Source of the DNA: an uncultured Cetobacterium sp.
GTDB lineage: Bacteria; Fusobacteriota; Fusobacteriia; Fusobacteriales; Fusobacteriaceae
Assembly (NCBI RefSeq): GCF_947072685.1
Contig: NZ_CAMTIK010000009.1
Span: forward strand, 3,360-67,359
DNA: 64,000 nucleotides
Reading direction: 5' to 3'
Shown one piece after another: positions 38,810 to 49,034 of the stretch; the first letter of the stretch is position 1, and the number at the start of each line of letters is the position of its first letter. The position numbers were made by a program, and so were the translations under genes. The notes beneath the pieces are model-generated. The model did not search any database. It was not told the DNA's origin and was given only the letters and a program-made list of their open reading frames with translations.

Positions 38810-40006
38810 ATGGAAATAGGGATTTTATTTTATATATTAACTTTTTTAGGTGGAATCTTATCCTTCTTCTCTCCATGTATAATCCCAATAATTCCAATTT
38901 ATTTTGGATATTTAGCTGGAAGTGGAAAAAAAACAGATTGTTATGGCAATATTTTTTATGATCAAAAAAAAGTTTTTCTTCATACCCTTTTCTTCACTTT
39001 AGGGATATGTGTATCTTTTTTTATTTTAGGAATATCATTCACAACATTAGGAGATATTATTTTTACACAGAAAGATATTTTTTCTAAAATTGGAGGCGTG
39101 ATTATTATTCTCCTTGGTTTATTTCAACTAAACCTCTTAAAATTAAATTTTTTACAAAGAGATATGAGGTTAAATTATAGTGAAAAACCAATCAATCCTC
39201 TGATTGCTTTTATAACAGGATTCACATTCAGTTTTGCATGGACACCATGTGTTGGACCAATTCTTTCCTCGGTCCTTATTTTATCAAGTAGTGTTTCAAA
39301 TAAACTTATTGGTAACTTTTTAATTTTAATATATTCTTTAGGTTTTATAATTCCATTTTTATTAATTGGGATTTTTACAACAAGATTATTAAACTTTTTT
39401 AAAGCTAAGCAAAAGTTTCTTAAGTATACCTCTAAAATTGGCGGTATTCTTTTAATCACTATAGGTTTGTTAACTTTTTTAGGGTACACTAATAAACTTT
39501 CAACTTATCTTGTTTCTTCAACAAACAATGTCAAAGTTGGAACTCAACAAGAAGCAACATTTAATTCAGACAGCTATAAACTTTTTGACCAATTTGGAAA
39601 AGAGCATGTTTTATCAGATTATAAAGGGAAAACTATTTTTTTAAATTTCTGGGCTACTTGGTGCCCACCTTGTAAGGAGGAAATGCCATATATAGAGAAA
39701 ATTTATAAAGATTTCGGTAGTAATGAAAAAGACATTATTATTCTTGGAATAACAAATCCTGTAACGGAAGAAAATCCCTATGGTCAAGATAAAGATATCA
39801 ATCAAATCAAAAAATTTATAAAAAACGGTAATTATACATTCCCTACTGTTTTTGATAAAACTGGAAAGTATTTTGAAAACTTTAAAATAAGAGCTTATCC
39901 AACAACTGTTATAATTGGAGCAGATGGCCAAATTAAAGCCTCTATTCCTGGAGCTATGAACGAAGAACAAATGAAAAAACTTATTAAATCTCAAAGTTCT
40001 TTTTAA
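38810..40006 (+). CDS. CcdA (DsbD-TM) + TlpA-type thioredoxin fusion
   Basis: SFFSPCIIP and AWTPCVGPIL (CcdA Cys pair); NFWATWCPPC and AYPTT (TlpA). Confidence 0.9.
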   Translation: MEIGILFYILTFLGGILSFFSPCIIPIIPIYFGYLAGSGKKTDCYGNIFYDQKKVFLHTLFFTLGICVSFFILGISFTTLGDIIFTQKDIFSKIGGVIIILLGLFQLNLLKLNFLQRDMRLNYSEKPINPLIAFITGFTFSFAWTPCVGPILSSVLILSSSVSNKLIGNFLILIYSLGFIIPFLLIGIFTTRLLNFFKAKQKFLKYTSKIGGILLITIGLLTFLGYTNKLSTYLVSSTNNVKVGTQQEATFNSDSYKLFDQFGKEHVLSDYKGKTIFLNFWATWCPPCKEEMPYIEKIYKDFGSNEKDIIILGITNPVTEENPYGQDKDINQIKKFIKNGNYTFPTVFDKTGKYFENFKIRAYPTTVIIGADGQIKASIPGAMNEEQMKKLIKSQSSF

Positions 40007-40010
40007 AAAC

Positions 40011-40054
40011 AAAACCATTATAAATCATAAATATTTATGATTTATAATGGTTTT
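40011..40054. terminator. Perfect 44-bp palindrome, bidirectional terminator
   Basis: AAAACCATTATAAATCATAAAT/ATTTATGATTTATAATGGTTTT between convergent genes. Confidence 0.7.
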
Positions 40055-40674
40055 TTTAAAAGATATACTTTTAGGCTTGGAAAAATAAACTTATCTTTTA
40101 CAAATATAAACCCCTCATGGATAAACATTTGTTTTATTTCATCAGAAGAATATATTTTTACATCCCCGTTTGTAGTATAAGGAAGTATCTTGTTAACTAA
40201 TTTTTTCAAAAGTTTAAATAGATTAATTTCACCTAGAATTATATTCCCACCTTTTTCTAAAACTCTGTACATCTCTTTCACTACCTTCTCTGGATTTTCA
40301 TAGTGATGAAAAGAATTCAAACAAATTATAACTTTAAAATCATTATCTTTAAAAGGAAGATTTTGAGAATCTCCGACTATGAACTCTATATTTTTATTAT
40401 TTTTTTTAGCTTTCTCTATCATATTCATAGAAATATCCAATCCTACAATTTTGTATTGTATATCTCCTTCATGAGAGCCTAGCATTTTGTCGACCTCTTT
40501 TAAAAGTTCACCTTTCCCACACCCTAAATCTAATATTCTTTTTTCTGTTTTATAATCAATCCAAGATAGAACAGTTTTATAGTGTTTATATGAATCCCCA
40601 TGCTTTTTTTCGGCTACTCTATTAAAAAAATCTATAGTGTTTTTTTTATATCCATTATTTTTATTAAAGTTCAT
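40042..40674 (-). CDS. Class I SAM-dependent methyltransferase
   Basis: ILDLGCGKG, GLDIS..M, GDSQNLPF, SFHHY motifs. ATG 40674 lies behind an AGGAGG SD. Confidence 0.88.
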   Translation of the reverse strand: MNFNKNNGYKKNTIDFFNRVAEKKHGDSYKHYKTVLSWIDYKTEKRILDLGCGKGELLKEVDKMLGSHEGDIQYKIVGLDISMNMIEKAKKNNKNIEFIVGDSQNLPFKDNDFKVIICLNSFHHYENPEKVVKEMYRVLEKGGNIILGEINLFKLLKKLVNKILPYTTNGDVKIYSSDEIKQMFIHEGFIFVKDKFIFPSLKVYLLKKPL

Positions 40675-40716
40675 TTTATCCTCCTGCTCTAATAACTTTA
40701 TAGGTTCATGCAAGTT

Positions 40717-41862
40717 TTAAAAATCTTGATTAAAATAATTTACTTTTTTTATAAATATTTTCTCTAACTTTTCTCTAATATTTTCATTATTAAATCTAAT
40801 TTTATCCTTTTTTACCACAGAACTCATATCTCTAAATCCATAAATTAAATCTGTAAGATCGGCTATGTTTATCTCTATATCATATTCTGACTCTATCTTT
40901 TCTACCACTCCTTTTTTTATTTGATAAACACCCTCATTCTCTTTTATAACCTCATCTGTTACAAACATTTTAAAACTCTCATCATTTGAAATGTTTTTAG
41001 AAAGCCTCAACAAAGATTTTTCTATACTTGTAATTCTTGCTTGAACTTTATTCTTTACAATTTTCACAATATTTTTATCACTTTTAAAATAATCCTCTAA
41101 GCATAAATCTTCTGCACAAATTATTTTTATTTTGGAATAGTAATTTTTATATCCATATATTATAGAAAATAATGAACTCAAGCACTTACTATCTTTAAAA
41201 AACAACTCTTTTATAACTATATCTCTATTTTTCAAAACAAATATATATCCATTTATCAATCCATTAATATCTCTAGATACATAAGCTTCCCCGTCCTCAC
41301 AAAACAATTCAGAAAATATTTTTTTATATACATCTCTACCTCTTCTGACCTTAACAAAATAATCTTTTGATATCTCTTTATAAAATTTTACAATTTCATC
41401 TAAAATTATATCACTACAATTTTTTTTCGATATTTTTTGAATTTTACAAGTTTTTTTAAACTCCTCCATCTTTTCAAATTCAATACTATACTGACAAATG
41501 CTGGAAATATAAACAAATCCAAAATTTCGATATATTTGATTGTCTACAGGTGTTAAATATATAAACTCCTCCCCTTTTCGCCTAGATTCTTCCAAACACT
41601 CTAAAAGTAATTTCTTCATAATCCCCTCTCCTCTTCTATGAGGAGCAACTCCGACACCAACAAGGTATCTGCTCGAAAACCATTCCTTACCTATTGATAC
41701 ATCGTATTTATTCTCAAACATCATCCCTAAAACCTCTTCTTCTTCCACCAAATATCTTGTAGTTTTCTCTTGATATATATTTTCAAAATACCATGTTATA
41801 TATTCTGTTTCATCATTGAATAGTTCTTTCCACAAGCTTTTGAATTTATCGTTCTTCTCCAT
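40717..41862 (-). CDS. Eis-like GNAT acetyltransferase (tandem GNAT + SCP2-like tail)
   Basis: VGVAPHRRGEGIM, YRNFGF, QARI..IEK.L, ADLTDLIYG. Start moved to 41862 because the longer ORF start overlaps a terminator hairpin (41891..41915). Confidence 0.82.
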   Translation of the reverse strand: MEKNDKFKSLWKELFNDETEYITWYFENIYQEKTTRYLVEEEEVLGMMFENKYDVSIGKEWFSSRYLVGVGVAPHRRGEGIMKKLLLECLEESRRKGEEFIYLTPVDNQIYRNFGFVYISSICQYSIEFEKMEEFKKTCKIQKISKKNCSDIILDEIVKFYKEISKDYFVKVRRGRDVYKKIFSELFCEDGEAYVSRDINGLINGYIFVLKNRDIVIKELFFKDSKCLSSLFSIIYGYKNYYSKIKIICAEDLCLEDYFKSDKNIVKIVKNKVQARITSIEKSLLRLSKNISNDESFKMFVTDEVIKENEGVYQIKKGVVEKIESEYDIEINIADLTDLIYGFRDMSSVVKKDKIRFNNENIREKLEKIFIKKVNYFNQDF

Positions 41863-41918
41863 AACTTTATTCCCTCCCACATTTAAAAATAAAAGGCGAG
41901 AAACTCTCACCTTTTATT

Positions 41919-43337
41919 TTATCTATTTTTTATATAAGTGTATAATGCTTTTACTCCAACTCCAGTAGCACCTTTTTTATTCCATTTAACTCCTGAATTA
42001 TATGATGTTCCTGCTATATCCATATGAATCCACGGTAATCCTTCTGTAAATCCTTGTAAAAATTTAGCTGCTGTGATAGCGCCACCCATTCTTCCACCAG
42101 TATGCTTTACATCCGCTACTGTTGATTTTAAGAACTCATTATACTCTTCAAACAAAGGCATTCTCCAAATTTTTTCACCATATTTTACACTTGCATTCTC
42201 CAAACAAATATATCTTTCATCACAAGTTGAAAATACTCCCGTTGTAATTGTTCCTAAAGCTACTAATACAGCTCCTGTCAACGTTGCTACATCAACTATT
42301 TCAGTAACTTTTTCATTTCTAATAGCATAAGTAATTGCATCTGCTAAAACCAATCTTCCTTCTGCATCTGTATTTATAATTTCAACACTTTTCCCATTCA
42401 TAGATTTTATAATATCCCCTGGTCTATAGGCATTTCCGTCTATTGCATTCTCACATGCTGGAACAATCGCGATAACATTTTTGTCTAATTTATTCTTGGC
42501 AACAGCACACATTGCACCTATCACCGCTGCTGCCCCAGCCATATCCGTCTTCATATCAAACATTGAATCTGGAGATTTTGTACAAAGCCCTCCGGTGTCA
42601 TAAGTTAAGCCCTTTCCTATCAAACCTATCTTTTCTTCAGATGAGTCATCAACTAAATATCTCATAACTATCAATTTTGATTTTATTATTGAGGATCTTC
42701 CAACTGCTAGTAACAAATTCATCTCCAATTTTTCAATACCTTTTTCATCTATAATTTCAACTTCAAATCCATATTTTTTTCCTAACTCCGAAACTTTTTC
42801 AGATAAACTTTTTGGATTTATAATATTAGCAGGTAAGTCCACCAATTTTTTTGCTATATCTGTTGAATCAACTAAACTTATTATTTCATCTAAATTATTC
42901 ACATTTTTAATTAAAAACAACTCTACTTCAATAGTTTTTTCTTTTTTTGTTTTAAACTCATCAAAACTATAGTTTATATTTCCAACTATCTCAGCTAAAA
43001 GTTCATAATTTGAAAGTTTTTCATTATCTGAAGAGATCAATATCGATCCTTTTTCTTTTGATAGATTTTCAAAAATTATTTCTCTATATATATCCTCATT
43101 AAACTCTTCTTCTTTTCCCATTCCAATAAATAACATTGAAACTAAGTGCTCCTCCTCTAAAAATTCAATTTTTAAAGAATCTCCTTTTTTTCCAACAAAC
43201 TCTTTTTTTACTATTAACTTTTCAATTAATTTTTTATTTCCAGCTGAAATATGCTCACATATTTTCATCTGATTTTCAAAATACATTACTACATTAAGAT
43301 CATATGATTTTTCTATTTTACTGATAACTTTAAACAT
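41919..43337 (-). CDS. pepA: Leucyl aminopeptidase (M17)
   Basis: GKGLTYDTGG, MKTDMAG, NTDAEGRL, WIHMDIAG motifs. Confidence 0.93.
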   Translation of the reverse strand: MFKVISKIEKSYDLNVVMYFENQMKICEHISAGNKKLIEKLIVKKEFVGKKGDSLKIEFLEEEHLVSMLFIGMGKEEEFNEDIYREIIFENLSKEKGSILISSDNEKLSNYELLAEIVGNINYSFDEFKTKKEKTIEVELFLIKNVNNLDEIISLVDSTDIAKKLVDLPANIINPKSLSEKVSELGKKYGFEVEIIDEKGIEKLEMNLLLAVGRSSIIKSKLIVMRYLVDDSSEEKIGLIGKGLTYDTGGLCTKSPDSMFDMKTDMAGAAAVIGAMCAVAKNKLDKNVIAIVPACENAIDGNAYRPGDIIKSMNGKSVEIINTDAEGRLVLADAITYAIRNEKVTEIVDVATLTGAVLVALGTITTGVFSTCDERYICLENASVKYGEKIWRMPLFEEYNEFLKSTVADVKHTGGRMGGAITAAKFLQGFTEGLPWIHMDIAGTSYNSGVKWNKKGATGVGVKALYTYIKNR

Positions 43338-43347
43338 CTAACTCCTC

Positions 43348-44196
43348 CTATATGTTGTATTTTTTTAATAATATAATTGGTTGGTACGACAACTTAGCTT
43401 CTCTTAGTCCTTCACTTCCAAAATCATCTTCTCTGTTTATATATTTAACATCAAAAAATTCCTCTTTTGCTACATATTTATTTATCATTTGATAACTTCC
43501 TTGATATTCATTATTCCCTTTTTCTATATGTATAACTGCCATATTTTCAGTAAGCTTTTCTCCAAAAGCATATGCTACTATTTCCCCCTCAACCCTTATT
43601 ATTCCACCTCTCAAACCAAGCGCTTCATAGTTATCTAAAAGAGCTTCTATTCCCATAGTTTCAGATATAATTATTTTATCCTGCTTCCTATTTTTTGTCC
43701 ATTCTCTTTGAAAAATTCGAATCTCCTCAATATTTAGTTTAGAAATTTTTTCATACGTATAGCTATATGTTCTTATAAATTTATTTATTTTATTTTTTTT
43801 AGAAGAAAATTTTCTTCCTTTAAGCTCTGCTAAATCCTCTTGTAAATATACGTAATCAAAAGAACTTCTTTTTTCAATCAACTGAACATCTCTTTGTAAA
43901 AATTCAGCGTATTTTTCAGGTATAAAAACTATCTCTTTATTTTCCTTTTTTATCTTTTTAATAGCTTCTATTATGCTATCTTTTCTATCCTCTTTAGATA
44001 CTGGACAAAAATAATAATCATTTCCTTCATAGCTCCCTTTTATATATAAAATATCATCCATTATTCTATACTGCATATCTTCACTGATACTCCACAAAAA
44101 TATATTACTAAAATTTAAATCAGAAGTTTCAAATTTTCCATCCAGATACTCTTGAATAATATTTCTATCCTCTAGTTCTAATTTTTTCCAGTCCAT
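43348..44196 (-). CDS. DUF2156-family soluble protein (aminoacyl-tRNA-dependent transferase fold)
   Basis: DYVY..EDL..LKGRKF..KKN, HIEKG, INREDD.G.EGLR.AKLSYQP motifs. Confidence 0.85.
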   Translation of the reverse strand: MDWKKLELEDRNIIQEYLDGKFETSDLNFSNIFLWSISEDMQYRIMDDILYIKGSYEGNDYYFCPVSKEDRKDSIIEAIKKIKKENKEIVFIPEKYAEFLQRDVQLIEKRSSFDYVYLQEDLAELKGRKFSSKKNKINKFIRTYSYTYEKISKLNIEEIRIFQREWTKNRKQDKIIISETMGIEALLDNYEALGLRGGIIRVEGEIVAYAFGEKLTENMAVIHIEKGNNEYQGSYQMINKYVAKEEFFDVKYINREDDFGSEGLREAKLSYQPIILLKKYNI

Positions 44197-44334
44197 CTAT
44201 TCTACACCGCCTTAATATACTAAGGCAAGTATATAACAATTCTAAAATCCTGTCAAACTTTTCTCCGATTTTATAAATAATGAAAAAAGTCTGTAATTGG
44301 CTACTTTTACAGACTTTTTTATAAAATTTATATT

Positions 44335-45171
44335 TTAATTCATCTCTTCCAATTTTTTTATTCTTTCTGCCGTACTCGGATGTGTACTGAATAGATTTGC
44401 CATTTTACTTCCTGCCAGCGGTGATACTATAAACATATTTTCAGTTGATGGAACTGCGTCCATAGGGATTCTTGTCGAATATGTCTCCAATTTTCTTAAT
44501 GCATTCGCCAAATATCTTGGATTCCCGCTCACTTTTGCACCAAAATTATCTGCTTTATATTCTCTGCTTCTTGAAATAGCCATCTGGATAATCATTGCAG
44601 CTAAAGGAGCAAATATAGTTATTGCTAACAATCCTAAAATACCACCCCTATTATCGTCCTCATCTCTTCTTCCACCACCAAATATTGCTGCCCATTTAGC
44701 CATATTTGCAAGATATGCTATTGCCCCAGCCAAAGTTGCGGCAACTGTTTGAATGAGTATATCTCTGTGTGAAACATGTCCTAATTCATGTCCTATAACG
44801 CCTGCTAACTCATTGTCATCCATAAGTTCTACAAGACCTCTGGTAACTGCCACAGCTGCATGGTGCGGATTTCTACCCGTAGCAAATGCATTCGGTTGGC
44901 TCTCATTTATTATATATACTTTCGGCATTGGAAGCCCTGCATTTTCAGTCAATTTTTTTGTAATCCCATAAACTTTATGATTTGTAGGTAATTCTTGAGC
45001 TTTATACATTGACAAAACTATTTTATCACTAAACCAATATGAAATAAAATTCATAACACCCGCAAATACTAAAGCTATTGTCATCCCTGTTTTTCCACCC
45101 ACAGCTCCGCCTATAAACATCAACAATAATGTCATTCCTAGCATCAATATAAATGTTTTTATCCCTTCCAT
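44335..45171 (-). CDS. htpX: Zinc metalloprotease HtpX
   Basis: PNAFATGRNP, HELGH, SRSREY.AD, FSTHP motifs. Confidence 0.93.
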   Translation of the reverse strand: MEGIKTFILMLGMTLLLMFIGGAVGGKTGMTIALVFAGVMNFISYWFSDKIVLSMYKAQELPTNHKVYGITKKLTENAGLPMPKVYIINESQPNAFATGRNPHHAAVAVTRGLVELMDDNELAGVIGHELGHVSHRDILIQTVAATLAGAIAYLANMAKWAAIFGGGRRDEDDNRGGILGLLAITIFAPLAAMIIQMAISRSREYKADNFGAKVSGNPRYLANALRKLETYSTRIPMDAVPSTENMFIVSPLAGSKMANLFSTHPSTAERIKKLEEMN

Positions 45172-45266
45172 AAATACCCTCCTATTAAATTTCCCATTTT
45201 CTATAAAATAACACATTTCTTATGATATGTAAATGAAAAAAGGGAGAGTCTACTCCCTTCAAGCTA

Positions 45267-46859
45267 TCACTTTATCTCTTGTGCTGCCTTTTCTCCCGCT
45301 ATACGTCCAAATACTACGGCTGCACTGTATGCTGCACTTGTATTTGTTACCTCTCCGGCCGCATATAAACCTTTTACTTTTTCACCTTTATTATTCAAAA
45401 CTTGAGTATTTTCATCAGCTACGACTCCACCCTTTGTCATATGTATAGCTGATTGTACCTTTGCTCCATAATATGGCCCTTCAGCTCTTAAAGTTTTTGT
45501 TACCAACTTTAGCTTGTCATACGGCACATTTATCTTTTTAGAAAGTTCTTCTAAAGTATCCGCCTTTAAGTGTAACCCTAATTTATTATGTTTTTGTAAA
45601 CGATAATATGATTCATAAAGAGTTTGATCATAAATATAATAAGCATAACCACCTGTTTGAGATTCTATAGATTTTGCCCTCTCCATACTTGTAGGATTTT
45701 CCTTTAAAAAAACTTCGCCCTCTTGATTTACAAGAACATAATCACTTCCTCCGCCAGTCAAATCTCTGCTAGGAACCATAATAAATGAGAATATGCTTAA
45801 AATATCCAAATTTTCAACTTTTAAGTTATGTTTCTCAAATATTGGTAAAAAATCTCCAGTTGCAGACATTTGATTTGAAGTTGCTATTGTCTCTGATCCC
45901 GGTATATATTTTGCTAGCAACTCTTTATTGTGAGAAAATCCACCAGTTGTCAATATAACTGCTTTTGCATTGATATCATAAAAATTATTTTTATTTTGAA
46001 CTTTTACTCCTGTTACTATACCATCACTCATTATTAAATCAAGTCCCTTAGTACCTGTTCTTACGTCTATCCCCAACTCTTCAACCTTTTTTTCCAACCC
46101 GTCTTGAATCTCTTCTCCGGCATAAGCGTCCTTTTCAGCCATATGATTTCTTAAACCATAATTATAATTTAATTCTATTCCCATTTTTCTAAGCCAAGTG
46201 TCTAGTTTAAAAGCTCCTTCTGCTTGTGCTTGTGTTCTTTCTAAAGTATCCATTTTATTTTTTTTATCTTTTACAAAAGCGTCGACACTATCAAATATTC
46301 CATTCTTCTTTTGAGCTTCTGTGTTTATAATATCAAAAAAATTCATATCAAATTTTCCATTTCCACTCAGTATATCTAATTTTTCAATTAAAATTATATT
46401 TTTTACACCGGCTTCTTTTGCTGATATAGCAGCCGCTAACCCTGCTGGACCTGCGCCTACAATTACTATATCTGTATCTATAGGTGCCAAATTAGCATAT
46501 GGTTGCTCTGGCAAAGATGTTTTTATCGTTATTCGTCCAAAATCTTGACCATTTGATTTTAATGCTTCGGCCACTGCTCTTTTTATTCCTAGAGATGAGT
46601 ATGTCGCCCCTGAAATACTATCTACTATTGGACTTTGAGCAGATAATATTCTATTTTTTAAGAGTGGAAAGGCTCTTTTTATAACAGGTGAAGTCTCTTT
46701 ATGAGAAACCAACTCCATATTTTCTATTTTTCTACCTTTTGTTGTCACCTTTACTTTTAATTCCCCACCATAACCATTTCCTTTTCCTATAAAATGTTTT
46801 TGATCTTCTCCAAATGACAGAGCACTCAAAACTACAAATAAAAATACTTTCCCCTTCAT
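45267..46859 (-). CDS. Exported FMN-binding + FAD-dependent oxidoreductase (flavocytochrome c/UrdA-like)
   Basis: Signal peptide, flavinylation motif DSISGAT, GAGPAG Rossmann fold, HMTKGGV, GLYAAGEV. Confidence 0.82.
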   Translation of the reverse strand: MKGKVFLFVVLSALSFGEDQKHFIGKGNGYGGELKVKVTTKGRKIENMELVSHKETSPVIKRAFPLLKNRILSAQSPIVDSISGATYSSLGIKRAVAEALKSNGQDFGRITIKTSLPEQPYANLAPIDTDIVIVGAGPAGLAAAISAKEAGVKNIILIEKLDILSGNGKFDMNFFDIINTEAQKKNGIFDSVDAFVKDKKNKMDTLERTQAQAEGAFKLDTWLRKMGIELNYNYGLRNHMAEKDAYAGEEIQDGLEKKVEELGIDVRTGTKGLDLIMSDGIVTGVKVQNKNNFYDINAKAVILTTGGFSHNKELLAKYIPGSETIATSNQMSATGDFLPIFEKHNLKVENLDILSIFSFIMVPSRDLTGGGSDYVLVNQEGEVFLKENPTSMERAKSIESQTGGYAYYIYDQTLYESYYRLQKHNKLGLHLKADTLEELSKKINVPYDKLKLVTKTLRAEGPYYGAKVQSAIHMTKGGVVADENTQVLNNKGEKVKGLYAAGEVTNTSAAYSAAVVFGRIAGEKAAQEIK

Positions 46860-46996
46860 TTCTCCCTCCAAATTTTCGCTATTATGTACAAATTATAAAC
46901 GATTAGACATATTATGTAAACGTTTTTTTAGTATATTTGATTTTTACAGTCAAAAACATTATACTTTAGTTACAAATAAATTTAAGGAGATTTGAA

Positions 46997-48976
46997 ATGA
47001 AAAAATTAAATATTAAAACTTCTATAAATTCATACGATATAATTATTGGACAAGAATCTATTTTAAAACTAAATAGTCTTACCAAAAACTACGATAAAAT
47101 ACTTCTTTTAACTAACAATACTGTTGGTGATACATATAAAGATAAGATTTTTGATCTTCTTCCAAAAGATAGTACTTTTCTTTATCAAATCAGTGATGGT
47201 GAAATTTTTAAAAATATTGATACTGCCATGGATATATGTTCATTTTTGATTGAGCACAATTTTTCTAGAAACTCGCTTATTGTATGTCTTGGTGGTGGTG
47301 TTATCTGTGACTTAGGTGGATTTGTCGCTTCTATATTTATGAGAGGTATCAATTTTTTACAGATTCCTACCTCTTTGCTTGCTCAAGTTGATGCTAGTAT
47401 TGGTGGAAAAGTTGCAGTTAATCATCCCTTAGGAAAAAATTTAATAGGTGCTTTCAAACAACCAATTGCAGTTATTATTGACATTAATTTTTTAAAAACA
47501 CTTCCTGATAATGAGTTTAAATCCGGAATGGGGGAAGTTATAAAGCATGCACTCATTCTTAAAAATTCTAATTTTTTTGAATTTTTAGAAAAACAGTATT
47601 CAGGTATTTTAAATTTAGAAGCTCATATTTTAATAGATATGATTTTTGAATCTTGTAAGATAAAAAAAATATTTGTTGAAGAGGATGAATTTGAAAAAGG
47701 GAATAGAGCTTTTCTTAATCTAGGTCATACCTATGCACACGCTTTAGAAACTATTTTTAATTATGAAAATATCTCTCATGGAAAAGCTGTTGCAAAAGGT
47801 ATTATTTTTGAATTATCCCTTTCAAAACATTTAAATTTTATAGATGAGGAATATATCCAAAAAGTAAAACAGCTTTTTAACCTATATAATATTGATTGTC
47901 ACCCAATATATTTAGAAGAAAATACTCTTATCGAGGTTATGAAAAAAGATAAAAAAAATGTAAATAACTCCATAAATTTTATTCTTGATAAAAGAGATTC
48001 TTTAGAAAATACCAGTATTTCACAAAAAGACATTTTAAAAGTCAACTCTTTTTTTAAAGATCGCTTTTTAAAAGGTATAATTGATATTGGAACTAATTCA
48101 TGCCGTCTATTTATAGCTGAAATTGAAAAAAAAGATAGCAAACTTGAAATTATAACCCCACTTTTTAAGGACTTAGATGTCTCACGATTGGGAAAAAACT
48201 TAAATCAAACTGGTATTCTTTCTAAAGAATCTATCGAAAAAACTTTTTCTATCATAAAAACCTTTAAAGAAAAGGCAGATTCTATGGGGGTTAGTGAACT
48301 TATCGCATTTGCTACCTCAGCTACGAGAGAAGCTACCAATGGAGATATTTTTGTTAGGGATATTCAAACGAAATTTAATATAAACACCTTAATTATTCCT
48401 GGAGAAACTGAAGCAAGACTTAGTTTTAATGGAAATAGAGATATCTATCGTGAAAAAATAGCTACAATTGATGTTGGAGGAGGGAGTACTGAAGTTACAA
48501 TTGGGGACTTTAAAAATATTGAATTTATAAAAAGCTTTCCTATTGGTGTTGTTAAATTAACTGAAATGTTTTTTTCAGAAGAAAATTATAGCGAGGAAAG
48601 TTTAAAATCATCTCGTAATTATTTGAGAGGCTTTTTTAAAGAGCTCGATCGATTTAAAAATAGTCATTTTAGAATTATTGGAGTTGCTGGAACCGTGACA
48701 TCCAATGTTTCAATTATTAAAAAGCTTCCTAAATTTATTGAAAAAGAGATTCACCACTACACGCTTTCTAAAGCCATACTAGAAGAAAACCTAACTCTTT
48801 TTCTTTCAAAAAATTTAGAGGAACGAAAGAAGATTGTCGGACTTGAGCCCAATAGAGCTGATGTTATTATTGCTGGAAATTTAATTCTTTTAACTCTTTT
48901 GGAAGTTTTAGAAAAAAATAATATCACGGTTTCCACAAATGATAATTTAGAAGGTGCTATGGTATTAAATATTTAA
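46997..48976 (+). CDS. aroB: 3-dehydroquinate synthase fused to a Ppx/GppA phosphatase
   Basis: N-terminus GGGVICD, PTSLLAQVDASIGGK, NLGHTYAHALE. C-terminus IDIGTNS, ATSATREA, DVGGGSTE, RADVIIAG. Single open frame. Confidence 0.85.
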   Translation: MKKLNIKTSINSYDIIIGQESILKLNSLTKNYDKILLLTNNTVGDTYKDKIFDLLPKDSTFLYQISDGEIFKNIDTAMDICSFLIEHNFSRNSLIVCLGGGVICDLGGFVASIFMRGINFLQIPTSLLAQVDASIGGKVAVNHPLGKNLIGAFKQPIAVIIDINFLKTLPDNEFKSGMGEVIKHALILKNSNFFEFLEKQYSGILNLEAHILIDMIFESCKIKKIFVEEDEFEKGNRAFLNLGHTYAHALETIFNYENISHGKAVAKGIIFELSLSKHLNFIDEEYIQKVKQLFNLYNIDCHPIYLEENTLIEVMKKDKKNVNNSINFILDKRDSLENTSISQKDILKVNSFFKDRFLKGIIDIGTNSCRLFIAEIEKKDSKLEIITPLFKDLDVSRLGKNLNQTGILSKESIEKTFSIIKTFKEKADSMGVSELIAFATSATREATNGDIFVRDIQTKFNINTLIIPGETEARLSFNGNRDIYREKIATIDVGGGSTEVTIGDFKNIEFIKSFPIGVVKLTEMFFSEENYSEESLKSSRNYLRGFFKELDRFKNSHFRIIGVAGTVTSNVSIIKKLPKFIEKEIHHYTLSKAILEENLTLFLSKNLEERKKIVGLEPNRADVIIAGNLILLTLLEVLEKNNITVSTNDNLEGAMVLNI

Positions 48977-49034
48977 ATATGATATAATTTTTGTATTCAT
49001 TTTTCACAAATTCATATTGTATAAGGAGGATAAA

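Noticed and set aside
40011-40054. 44-bp perfect palindrome as a mobile-element scar
   Set aside because: It is AT-rich, flanked by A/T tracts and lies between convergent genes, consistent with a bidirectional terminator.
44225-44240. GCAAGTATAT upstream of the DUF2156 gene as a third operator copy
   Set aside because: Only one half-site matches and there is no palindromic second half.
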